In this document: piece by piece, positions 1 to 7,688 of the stretch | Numbering within the stretch: position 1 is the first letter of the stretch | Layout of the letters: every line of letters begins with the position of its first letter | Notes under the pieces: model-generated | What the model was told of the DNA's origin: nothing | The model's input: the letters and a program-made list of their open reading frames with translations, nothing else | The model's database searches: none | Source: Candidatus Heimdallarchaeota archaeon | GTDB lineage: Archaea; Asgardarchaeota; Heimdallarchaeia; Heimdallarchaeales; Heimdallarchaeaceae | NCBI GenBank assembly: GCA_016839945.1 | Contig: JAEOTE010000050.1 | Span: forward strand, 1-11,168 | DNA: 11,168 bases | Reading direction: 5' to 3' | Made by a program: the position numbers and the translations under genes

Positions 1-401
1 ATTATACTCTTAACTATAGGGTTATTTGGCATTCTAACTCCTACTGTATTCAGGTTTGAAGTAACGATGTTAGGGACATCAGAATTCTTTTCGACAACAA
101 TTGTTAGAGGACCAGGCCAGAATTCTTCAACTAATTTAAAGAACTTGGGTTTAATATTTTTAGCAACATCGTAAATCTGTTCTTGACTTGAAACGAGAAC
201 ATTTATTGGTTTGTCAAGAGATCTGGTTTTAATAGAATAAATATTCTCCACTGCTTCTGGAATGAAAACATCACATCCAATACCATAAATTGTATCTGTA
301 GGAAAAGCTACAATTCCACCATCTTGAATATAATCTACTGCAGTTCTTATTTTGTTTAAATTAAGCTGGATAGGATTTACAGTCAATATCTCTGTTTCCA
401 A
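1..401 (-). CDS. sua5: Threonylcarbamoyl-AMP synthase (Sua5/YrdC/TsaC family), 3' end runs off the window
   Basis: Not in the ORF track. Manual translation from TTG at 401: METEILTVNPIQLNLNKIRTAVDYIQDGGIVAFPTDTIYGIGCD...IYSIKTRSLDKPINV...FWPGPLTIVV...TVGVRMPNNP. Carries the YrdC-domain motifs VAFPTxTxYG, KxRxxxKP, WPGPLT and GVRMP. SD-like GGTG at 410-407. Confidence 0.95.
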   Translation of the reverse strand, partial: METEILTVNPIQLNLNKIRTAVDYIQDGGIVAFPTDTIYGIGCDVFIPEAVENIYSIKTRSLDKPINVLVSSQEQIYDVAKNIKPKFFKLVEEFWPGPLTIVVEKNSDVPNIVTSNLNTVGVRMPNNPIVKSI

Positions 402-523
402 AATAACACCATCTTTTTCTCTTACAAATATGATTCTTTATGATAATCCTTAAACATTGTGCTAAAAAATTTTTTTTGACTAATGCTAAAACTTAATTTT
501 ATAAAATCTAAATTTTCTTGAGA

Positions 524-1297
524 ATGATGAAAAGTGGCTATAGGGGAACTATCTTAATAACTGCTCCTGGAAGCGGAATAGGAAAAAGTATTGTAGAGAA
601 TCTTTTATTGCAAAACTACAAAATTCTAGCAATTGGTGGAGAAAATAGTAAAAAGTATGTAAAAAAGCTATATCCACAGAATAAGAACATAGACTTTCTA
701 GATTGTGATTATTCATCAGAGGAGAGCGTTGTTAAAACCTTCGAAAAATTGCGTAAATTAACACCAAAAATAGATGGAATGATTCATTTAGCAGGAGGTA
801 GTTTAGTTAGTAAGAAAATTGAAGATTTAAGTTTCAAAGATTACAGAAGAGTTATGTCTCTTAATCTAGATTCTTCTTTCTTAATCAGTCGAGAAACTTT
901 CAAATGGATGAAAGAAACCGGAGGAGGAAATATAATCCTATTTGGTTCAACAACTGGATTAAGACCTTCAAATAAAAAACTACCCTATGGTGTTGCTAAA
1001 GCTGGAATACACGCAATGGTTTTATCAATGGCACTTGAAGGATCAGAGTATAAAATAATAACTAATGGGATAGCTCCTGGATACGTTCTTACAGATAGAC
1101 ATGTTGATGAAATCAAAGAAAAAGCTTTGAAGTCAAATGAAAAATTTGATGATATTTTACTTAAAATAAATGAAAAAAATCCTCTTAAACAATCACTTGA
1201 ACCTCAAGAAATCTTTCCACTAATTGAACTTCTTCTTGAAACAAAACATATTCAGGGACAAATAATACGAATAGATTCAGGACAGATTCTTGGATAA
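524..1297 (+). CDS. Short-chain dehydrogenase/reductase (FabG-like SDR)
   Basis: Rossmann motif ITAPGSGIG (variant of TGxxxGIG), catalytic Ser region FGST, YGVAK (YxxxK), NGIAPG, and C-terminal GQIIRIDSG. The track starts at TTG 518. ATG 524 or 527 is more likely given the TATA-like TTTATAAA at 498-505. Substrate unknown. Confidence 0.9.
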   Translation: MMKSGYRGTILITAPGSGIGKSIVENLLLQNYKILAIGGENSKKYVKKLYPQNKNIDFLDCDYSSEESVVKTFEKLRKLTPKIDGMIHLAGGSLVSKKIEDLSFKDYRRVMSLNLDSSFLISRETFKWMKETGGGNIILFGSTTGLRPSNKKLPYGVAKAGIHAMVLSMALEGSEYKIITNGIAPGYVLTDRHVDEIKEKALKSNEKFDDILLKINEKNPLKQSLEPQEIFPLIELLLETKHIQGQIIRIDSGQILG

Positions 1298-1300
1298 ATT

Positions 1301-2212
1301 TTATTTGGGATTTCTTCCACATACTGGACATGACAATCCATATTTGAAGAAAGTTTCATGGTCTTTTTTGCATTCTAATTCCTCTTCATCGAATATTTGT
1401 CTACCAGTAAGTTCTTCTATTCGTTCTTTGAATTCATCTCGATTCAACCATTCATTATCTATCATTTCTCTTGTATAGGGGGCAAAAACAAGATAAGAGA
1501 AAAGAATAGGTAACTCTCCTTCCTTTGCATCTTCATCTTGGTAATTATCTTTACTTTCTTCTAGAAGTTCAGTAATAACGCGAAGTATTTTTAACATATC
1601 TCTTGTGTTAAACCTGTAAATAACACCAGGTAGAATATTGAAATGAGATAATTTCAAAGGATTCAGCCAGTTAGTGTACCAATTTTTTATTTCTTCAGTT
1701 TCTTCGGTAACTAGAACTCGATCCTTATTCATCATAGCTGCATAATGAGATAAAATACCCCTAATTTTTAGTAAATTAAAGAAAGTAAATTCTTTGTGTG
1801 GAGAAGCAAAACCAACATCTTGAAGACCATCATATATTCTTCGATATTCAGTGTAATATACTTCAGGAACACGAAAAACTTTTTGAGTTATTTTTCTACC
1901 TTTCTCATTATATCCAATTAAATTCTCAGTTTCGAGTACATCAACTTCTTTTGATTGTAATATCTTCAAATTGTGATAAACTGAACTTAGATGCATATTA
2001 AGAACTGTAGCAATATCTGCTGCAGTAATTCCTATTATTTCATTACCATCAATACTCACATAGGTTCTTTGAGCAAACATTGCATCAAGGATTATAGCCC
2101 AACAATCAATAGCTGTTGTATATCTCCTGTCTTGAGCTAGTTTGAAGATTCTATCCATATACCAGTTGGATTCTTCTAGCTCTTCGACATCTGCTTCTAT
2201 TTTAGAGGTCAT
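1301..2212 (-). CDS. Putative winged-HTH (ArsR-like) transcriptional regulator with C-terminal Zn-binding motif
   Basis: ~300-aa ORF with HTH-like ITAADIATVLNMHLSSVYHNLKIL followed by a wing-like GRKITQKVFRV, and C-terminal C-x3-H-x9-C-x2-C (CKKDH...CPVCG). ATG 2212 preferred over TTG 2221 because the minus-strand TATA box begins 28 nt upstream. Convergent with the SDR, 3-nt gap. Confidence 0.65.
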   Translation of the reverse strand: MTSKIEADVEELEESNWYMDRIFKLAQDRRYTTAIDCWAIILDAMFAQRTYVSIDGNEIIGITAADIATVLNMHLSSVYHNLKILQSKEVDVLETENLIGYNEKGRKITQKVFRVPEVYYTEYRRIYDGLQDVGFASPHKEFTFFNLLKIRGILSHYAAMMNKDRVLVTEETEEIKNWYTNWLNPLKLSHFNILPGVIYRFNTRDMLKILRVITELLEESKDNYQDEDAKEGELPILFSYLVFAPYTREMIDNEWLNRDEFKERIEELTGRQIFDEEELECKKDHETFFKYGLSCPVCGRNPK

Positions 2213-2230
2213 TGGTTGCAATCCTTGAGT

Positions 2231-2245
2231 ATTTATATAATCTTC
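2231..2245 (-). promoter_or_regulatory. Archaeal BRE/TATA promoter of the wHTH gene (probably leaderless)
   Basis: Minus strand reads GAAGA-TTATATAAAT; first T at 2240 is 28 nt upstream of ATG 2212. Confidence 0.55.
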
Positions 2246-2590
2246 AGTATAATTGTAAGACTGTACTTAAATAATTTTTCCTCATATAGTCCAATCCAAT
2301 TTTATACTGTTTTAACCTCTTAAATTATAGTTAAAATACTCATAAGTGTTTCTTTTTTCTTTGTTCAACTAGAAAAAACAACAAAACAATTCAATCTTTA
2401 ATATTCTGTGTGTATTTGAGCATCCAAATAACAACAAGTGTAAGTATAACCGTAGATAATAGAAAAAGGAACGTGTATAAAACTGCTTGTGAAATTGGAT
2501 CCAATATTATCAATTTGTTAGAAGTATATGTGATTTATATCTCTTTCCTTCTCCCTCTTGATGTTTGGGCACAAATCTTAAAAACCTAGA

Positions 2591-2605
2591 AATAGGGGGT
2601 CTATA
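2591..2605. promoter_or_regulatory. Candidate ThiR operator upstream of thiR
   Basis: AATAGGGGGTCTATA, 13/15 identical to the reverse complement of the palindrome at 3543-3557. Lies 22 nt upstream of the thiR ATG and just downstream of TATA-like CTTAAAAA (2577-2584). Confidence 0.6.
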
Positions 2606-2627
2606 TAGATAACATATCAGTGATTAA

Positions 2628-3539
2628 ATGAGATTCCCTTGTGAGTTTATAGCATCGACTTTTTTACCTGGTTTGAGAATCAGGATTGCACATCAATTAA
2701 AGGAAAGAGGAAAGTCGCAAAACGCGATTTCAATACTTTTAGGAGTGAAACAACCAGTAATTGCGTCTTATCTTCAGAAAACGATTTCAGATACAGGTGA
2801 CAAAAAATTTAATCATCATCTTGATGCTCTATCAGAAACCATATCAAATATGCTTTTGTCTCAAGAGAAATTAGAGGACACAATGAGAACTATTTGTACT
2901 AAATGTAAATCTTTACGTGTAAGGGGACCTATATGCTCCTTTCATAAATCAATACTACCAGAAATTGCTGACTATGATGATTGTGATATCTGTTCCGGTT
3001 TTGATAGTCTTCCTTCCTTGGAGAAGAGATCACAAGTCCTCTTATCTTTAAAGGAAATATTCGCTGAATTGGAAAAAATTGAAGGGTTCTATGATTGGAT
3101 TCCAGAGATAGGATCACAATTAGCTTCTTGTGAAGATGATGCAAAGGAACTAGATGACGTAGCTAGTTTTCCTGGTAGAATAATCAAAGTAAAGGGAAAT
3201 ATAATAACAGTGAGTCCTCCTGAATTTGGTTCTTCAAAAACAATGTCTTCACTCTTACTTTGGATAAGAAAATCCCAACCTGAAACAAAATGGATTATAG
3301 GAATCAAGAACAAACCAAAGCTAGAGAAGATTCTGAAAAATATAAACATTAGATTCCAAGAAATAAATGAACTTGATAAGAAATGGGACGAGTGTTTAGC
3401 AGAAATAAGAAAAACTGAAAATATTACTGAGATAAAAGGAATACTCGATAAAGGAAGCTTAGGATATGAATCTATTGCCTATCTGTTTGCTAATAATGAA
3501 TTGGACCTACTTAACTTAATAAAACAAATTTCAAAGTAG
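2628..3539 (+). CDS. thiR: ThiR-type transcriptional regulator (N-terminal HTH + Cys/His linker + ThiN thiamine-phosphate-synthase-like domain)
   Basis: N-terminus MRFPCE..FLPGLR..IA..L...G.SQ..I..LLGV.QP.I..YL (archaeal HTH), Cys/His cluster CTKC..C..H..CDIC, and ThiN-like motifs IPEIGS, DVASFPGRI, PPEFGSS, DKGSLGYE. Located directly upstream of a thiamine ABC transporter. Confidence 0.85.
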   Translation: MRFPCEFIASTFLPGLRIRIAHQLKERGKSQNAISILLGVKQPVIASYLQKTISDTGDKKFNHHLDALSETISNMLLSQEKLEDTMRTICTKCKSLRVRGPICSFHKSILPEIADYDDCDICSGFDSLPSLEKRSQVLLSLKEIFAELEKIEGFYDWIPEIGSQLASCEDDAKELDDVASFPGRIIKVKGNIITVSPPEFGSSKTMSSLLLWIRKSQPETKWIIGIKNKPKLEKILKNINIRFQEINELDKKWDECLAEIRKTENITEIKGILDKGSLGYESIAYLFANNELDLLNLIKQISK

Positions 3540-3542
3540 AAT

Positions 3543-3557
3543 TATAGGCCCCCTATA
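3543..3557. promoter_or_regulatory. Candidate ThiR operator upstream of thiB
   Basis: Perfect inverted repeat TATAGG-CCC-CCTATA in the 67-bp thiR-thiB spacer. GC-rich core stands out in AT-rich DNA. TATA-like TTTAAAT follows at 3572-3578. Confidence 0.65.
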
Positions 3558-3606
3558 TAGTAATGCTAAGATTTAAATTCATTTTTGCTATAAAATTAAT
3601 GATAAT

Positions 3607-4824
3607 ATGAAAAAATTGTGGATTATGAGTGTAGTATTTGGTCTACTGCTTTTTTCTTGTTTCTATGAAATTAATGTGTTCACAATTAACGCGGATAATT
3701 ATGAACTAGTTATTTATACATATGAGTCTCTATTAGCAGATCCAGGTTATGACTTTGTGGAGGGATTTGCTAATCATAGTGGAATTGCTAAAGAAGACAT
3801 TCATCTTGTTCTTCTCGAAGATGCAAATTCTATTGTTACACAAGCAGCTTTAGAAAAAAATAATCCAGTTGCAGATGTTTTGATAGGATTAGATAATGTA
3901 CTAATTCACAAAGCAAAAGAAGAAGGGATTCTCGAACCTTACAATTCACCTGAATTGGTTAATGTCTCCAGCGACCTTATATCTAATTTAGATCCAATGA
4001 AACACATTCTTCCCTATGATTATGGAATAATTGCTTTATGGTATGATAACAGTAGAATAAACTCAACATCAAATCCTGAATTAGATACTCTAAAATTACA
4101 AGATATAATTGATGAGAATCTTGATGAGATTCTAATAGTTGAGGATCCAACACTTAGTTCTCCAGGACTAGGTTTTCTACTTTGGACCATAGCAGTATAT
4201 GGTGATCCATCAGTAAATTTTGATGGTCTACTAAAAGATGATTGGAGAAATTGGTGGAAATCAGCATCAAAAAATCTTCGAATTGCACCAAGCTGGGGAG
4301 CTGCTTTTGACATTTATTACACTGAAGAAGAAAACCGTCCAATGATGGTTTCTTATGGAACAAGTCCAGCGTATGATGTTTGTCACCCACTTTGGGGAGT
4401 AGGATCAGGTAGTGATCCACCCTCTACTGCAATTGTCTCTCATGAAAATGGTACTGAAAATGCTTGGTTACAAATAGAAGGACTTGGACTAGTTAAGAAT
4501 GCTCCTAATCAAGCAAATGCACAATCGTTTATAGATTGGTTCCTTAGTGCTGAACTTCAAGATAACATACCAACAAATAACTGGATGTATCCAGCGAATG
4601 TACATGCAAACATCTCAAGTTGTTTTATGGATTCTGCGATTAATCCTGCTGATGTAAATATCTTGAATGATCTCATTACACCTACTATGTTGGAAGAAAA
4701 TCTGGATATGTGGAAGAATGATTGGGAAACTGAAATTGCTTCTTTCAGCTCAATATTTCTAATAATACTAACATTGAGTTTCTCAGCAATAACATACATA
4801 TTCCTGCGAAAAAAAAGAGAATAG
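3607..4824 (+). CDS. thiB: Thiamine ABC transporter substrate-binding protein (ThiB/TbpA)
   Basis: ThiB-type motifs YTYES, ADVLIGLDN, PYDYG, SSPGLGFLLWT, MVSYGTSPAY, QIEG, NWMYP. N-terminal signal peptide; C-terminal hydrophobic helix plus RKKRE. Confidence 0.9.
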   Translation: MKKLWIMSVVFGLLLFSCFYEINVFTINADNYELVIYTYESLLADPGYDFVEGFANHSGIAKEDIHLVLLEDANSIVTQAALEKNNPVADVLIGLDNVLIHKAKEEGILEPYNSPELVNVSSDLISNLDPMKHILPYDYGIIALWYDNSRINSTSNPELDTLKLQDIIDENLDEILIVEDPTLSSPGLGFLLWTIAVYGDPSVNFDGLLKDDWRNWWKSASKNLRIAPSWGAAFDIYYTEEENRPMMVSYGTSPAYDVCHPLWGVGSGSDPPSTAIVSHENGTENAWLQIEGLGLVKNAPNQANAQSFIDWFLSAELQDNIPTNNWMYPANVHANISSCFMDSAINPADVNILNDLITPTMLEENLDMWKNDWETEIASFSSIFLIILTLSFSAITYIFLRKKRE

Positions 4825-4848
4825 AATTACCAAAGGCAGATAGAGGAA

Positions 4849-6597
4849 ATGATGTCAAGAACTGTTAGGAAGGAAACAAATATAGAAGAAATTGCTAATA
4901 AATTCATAATCATTTTAGCTATTATTGCTTTAGGTTCTTTCCTATTATCTCTTTTTTATGTTCCATTGATACAAATTCTGCGATTTGCTTTCTCATCAGA
5001 ATCAAAATTTACATTTGCGATATTTTCATCTACAATAACAGATACTCTTAATCTAAAATTCATCGGATTCACTTTCGCTCAAGCTCTGCTATCAACTGTA
5101 ATTTGTTTATTCATTGGTTTACCCGCAGGATTTTTCTTCGCTAAATATGAATTTAAAGGTAAAAAGCTTGTTCTGAATCTTTTAACAATTCCTTTTGTAC
5201 TCCCTCCTATCGTTGTCTTACTTGGTTTTATTGTCTCTTATGGAGAAGGGGGATGGATAAATTCTATTTGGAAAGGAATGACAGGAACAGATAACGTTCT
5301 CATAAGTATTTTTGGAACATTCGAAGGAATAGTTTTAGCTCATATTTTTTACAATTTATCTGTAATCATAAGAATGACAATACCTGCATGGCAAAGTCTT
5401 GATTTAGAGCAAGTGGAAGTTTCAAGGACACTAGGAGCTAGTGAATGGAAGATTTTTTGGAAAATTATTTTTCCTCAAATTGTTAATTATCTAATTTCTT
5501 CTGCTCTATTAGTTTTCATTTACACATTTAACAGCTTTGCAATAGTGCTTTATCTGGGTGAAGTAAGGTTTCAGACTCTAGAGGTGAGAATATTCAAAAT
5601 GATGAAAGCATCTCTTAATTTTTCAGGAGGAGCTTCACTTGCTTTTCTTCAACTAATTTTGAATACTATAATCATTATATTGTACTTACTTTTTGAGAGA
5701 AAAACGAGACAGATGGCTATTGGAAAAGAGAGAGGTCTTCAGAAAGAAAAAATATCATTCTCTAGATATAATTGGAAGAAGAATCTCTCAATAATAGGGT
5801 TAATCTTATTTATGTTGATTATAGGCGTTTTCACATTTGCTCCAATTCTTGCTGTAATAATAGTTTCATTCACTCCGTTTTCATCAGAAGTATCTCCCTT
5901 CTTTGGGTATATGCAGCTGTTTTCATTCGAATATAGTCCTCTTCTAAATAATTCTCCTCTAAGGTTGTTACTGAATACTTTACTTTTTGCTTTTGCGGCA
6001 ACACTAATAACTTTGACTCTTTCTTTGATGATTGTTTTTGTTCTCAAGAATAGATATCAGAGTTTAAAGAAATATCAAAGATCAATATCTGAAAGTTTTA
6101 TTTCTTATATGATCATTCTACCAATGGCAACTTCATCAATAACTCTTGCTTTGGGATTATTCCTACTCTTCAACAATACTTCTTTGTATCTTAATGCTGT
6201 GTGGTTTTTTATAATTATGGCACATGTTTTAATTAGTGTACCATTTGCAACCAGATCAATAATGGCAGCTTATAACAGAATAGATGTTGAATTATTAAAC
6301 GTAGCTTCTACGTTAGGAGCTTCAAGACTACGGGTGTTCAGAAAAATAGAGTTACCTCTTATCTTGAGAGGAATAATTGTTGGTGGAATCTTCTCATTTG
6401 CTATTAGTTTAGGGGAATTTGGTGCAACAAACTTTTTAGTAAGAGGAGCATATGGAACTTTATCAATTGGTATATCTAAATTACTCCTGACTCAAACTTT
6501 GCAATTGCCAGCTACTATGGCAAGTATCTTGATAATTGTAACCATAATATGTTTCTTAGCAATACAAAAACTTGGAGATGTCGAATTAAAGGTGTAA
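4849..6597 (+). CDS. thiP: Thiamine ABC transporter permease (ThiP, duplicated TM domain)
   Basis: 582-aa hydrophobic protein with two EAA-like loops (EVSRTLGAS, NVASTLGAS), FTFAQALLST, PFVLP, AHIFYN, SLGEFGAT. GAGG at 4843-4846 may favour the second ATG (4852). Confidence 0.9.
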   Translation: MMSRTVRKETNIEEIANKFIIILAIIALGSFLLSLFYVPLIQILRFAFSSESKFTFAIFSSTITDTLNLKFIGFTFAQALLSTVICLFIGLPAGFFFAKYEFKGKKLVLNLLTIPFVLPPIVVLLGFIVSYGEGGWINSIWKGMTGTDNVLISIFGTFEGIVLAHIFYNLSVIIRMTIPAWQSLDLEQVEVSRTLGASEWKIFWKIIFPQIVNYLISSALLVFIYTFNSFAIVLYLGEVRFQTLEVRIFKMMKASLNFSGGASLAFLQLILNTIIIILYLLFERKTRQMAIGKERGLQKEKISFSRYNWKKNLSIIGLILFMLIIGVFTFAPILAVIIVSFTPFSSEVSPFFGYMQLFSFEYSPLLNNSPLRLLLNTLLFAFAATLITLTLSLMIVFVLKNRYQSLKKYQRSISESFISYMIILPMATSSITLALGLFLLFNNTSLYLNAVWFFIIMAHVLISVPFATRSIMAAYNRIDVELLNVASTLGASRLRVFRKIELPLILRGIIVGGIFSFAISLGEFGATNFLVRGAYGTLSIGISKLLLTQTLQLPATMASILIIVTIICFLAIQKLGDVELKV

Positions 6598-6599
6598 AT

Positions 6600-7688
6600 A
6601 TGACAAAATTAGAACTAAAAGAAATATCCATGAAATATGAAAGAAAATACATTCTAGAAGATCTAATTCTAGAGGTGAACCATGGAGAGCTTTTGGTTCT
6701 ATTAGGTGAAAGTGGTTGCGGGAAGACTTCTCTCTTAAAGATAATTGCAGGGATTATCAAACCTGAAAAAGGAGATATTCTAATGGATGGTGAGAACATC
6801 ACACATCTTGCTCCACAGAAAAGAAAAATTGGATACGTTCCTCAAGCACAAGTTTTATTTCCTCACATGAAAATCAGGGAAAATATTTCTTTTGGTCTTG
6901 AAGCTCATAGATTTGACAAACAAGAAATAGAAGATAAAATCAAATGGGTAGCAGAACTGACTCAAATAGAAGATTTACTAGATAGATATCCAAGTGAGAT
7001 TAGTGGAGGACAAAAACAACGTGTTGCACTAGGTAGAGCTATGGCAATAGAACCACGTCTTCTGCTTTTGGATGAACCTCTATCATCAATTGATGCTTCT
7101 GGAAGAGAATCGCTAGCACTTACTATAAGAAGAATTCAAAAAGAGACAGAAACAACAACCCTTTATGTCACACACAATCAGGAAGAAGCTCGATTAATCT
7201 GCGACAGAGTAGCTTTAATGTATGATGGTAAAATACAACAAATTGGCAAAGTAATAGAGATTGATAAAAATCCTTTGAATCTTATAATTGCAAAGATTAT
7301 GGGGTCTGTTAACATTTGGTCAATAGAATTTATAGAGAAAAAAGATAAACATTCAATTATAACAACTCCAATAGGAAGCTTTCAACTACCTTATGAAATC
7401 ATAAAACATAAGCCAACAGGAATAAAAATCCCAGCAGAGGTTATTGAACTTTCATTTGATATAGGAAGCACAGACCACCGTTCGGATACATCAAATTTTA
7501 TTTTGAATGGAAAGATAAAATCCATTGTTGAAAAAGATGAAGAAACTCATCGAATTATTATAGATTTATCAGAAACAGTTTCTGAATATATTAAAGTTGA
7601 TTGTAAAAAAGAACTCATTAAAAAGGAACTTAAACCAAACCAAGAAGTTATTTTACATATTGATCCCTTGGAGGTTATTTTAATTTGA
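6600..7688 (+). CDS. thiQ: ABC transporter ATP-binding subunit of the thiamine importer (ThiQ/PotA-like, C-terminal TOBE-like extension)
   Basis: Walker A GESGCGKT, Q-loop VPQ, signature ISGGQKQR, Walker B LLLLDEP, H-loop VTH. Start moved from 6549 to ATG 6600, 2 nt after the thiP stop, with GGTG at 6591-6594. Confidence 0.9.
   Translation: MTKLELKEISMKYERKYILEDLILEVNHGELLVLLGESGCGKTSLLKIIAGIIKPEKGDILMDGENITHLAPQKRKIGYVPQAQVLFPHMKIRENISFGLEAHRFDKQEIEDKIKWVAELTQIEDLLDRYPSEISGGQKQRVALGRAMAIEPRLLLLDEPLSSIDASGRESLALTIRRIQKETETTTLYVTHNQEEARLICDRVALMYDGKIQQIGKVIEIDKNPLNLIIAKIMGSVNIWSIEFIEKKDKHSIITTPIGSFQLPYEIIKHKPTGIKIPAEVIELSFDIGSTDHRSDTSNFILNGKIKSIVEKDEETHRIIIDLSETVSEYIKVDCKKELIKKELKPNQEVILHIDPLEVILI

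Noticed and set aside
1474-1483. TATAGGGGGC, a 10-nt match to the candidate ThiR operator
   Set aside because: Deep inside a CDS (FAPYT codons), second arm missing, far from any promoter.
2222-2627. TPP riboswitch upstream of the thiamine locus
   Set aside because: No CTGAGA / ACCTGA / GCGTAGGGA-type core on either strand here or in the 67-bp spacer before thiB; regulation is better explained by ThiR.
6549-6599. N-terminal extension of the ABC ATPase given in the track
   Set aside because: Overlaps thiP by 49 nt; ATG 6600 has an SD and gives a normal ABC N-terminus.
3607-7688. Fe3+ or polyamine ABC transporter
   Set aside because: The permease and ATPase resemble those families, but the binding-protein motifs (GLDN, SYxTSPAY, NWMYP) and adjacent ThiR point to thiamine.
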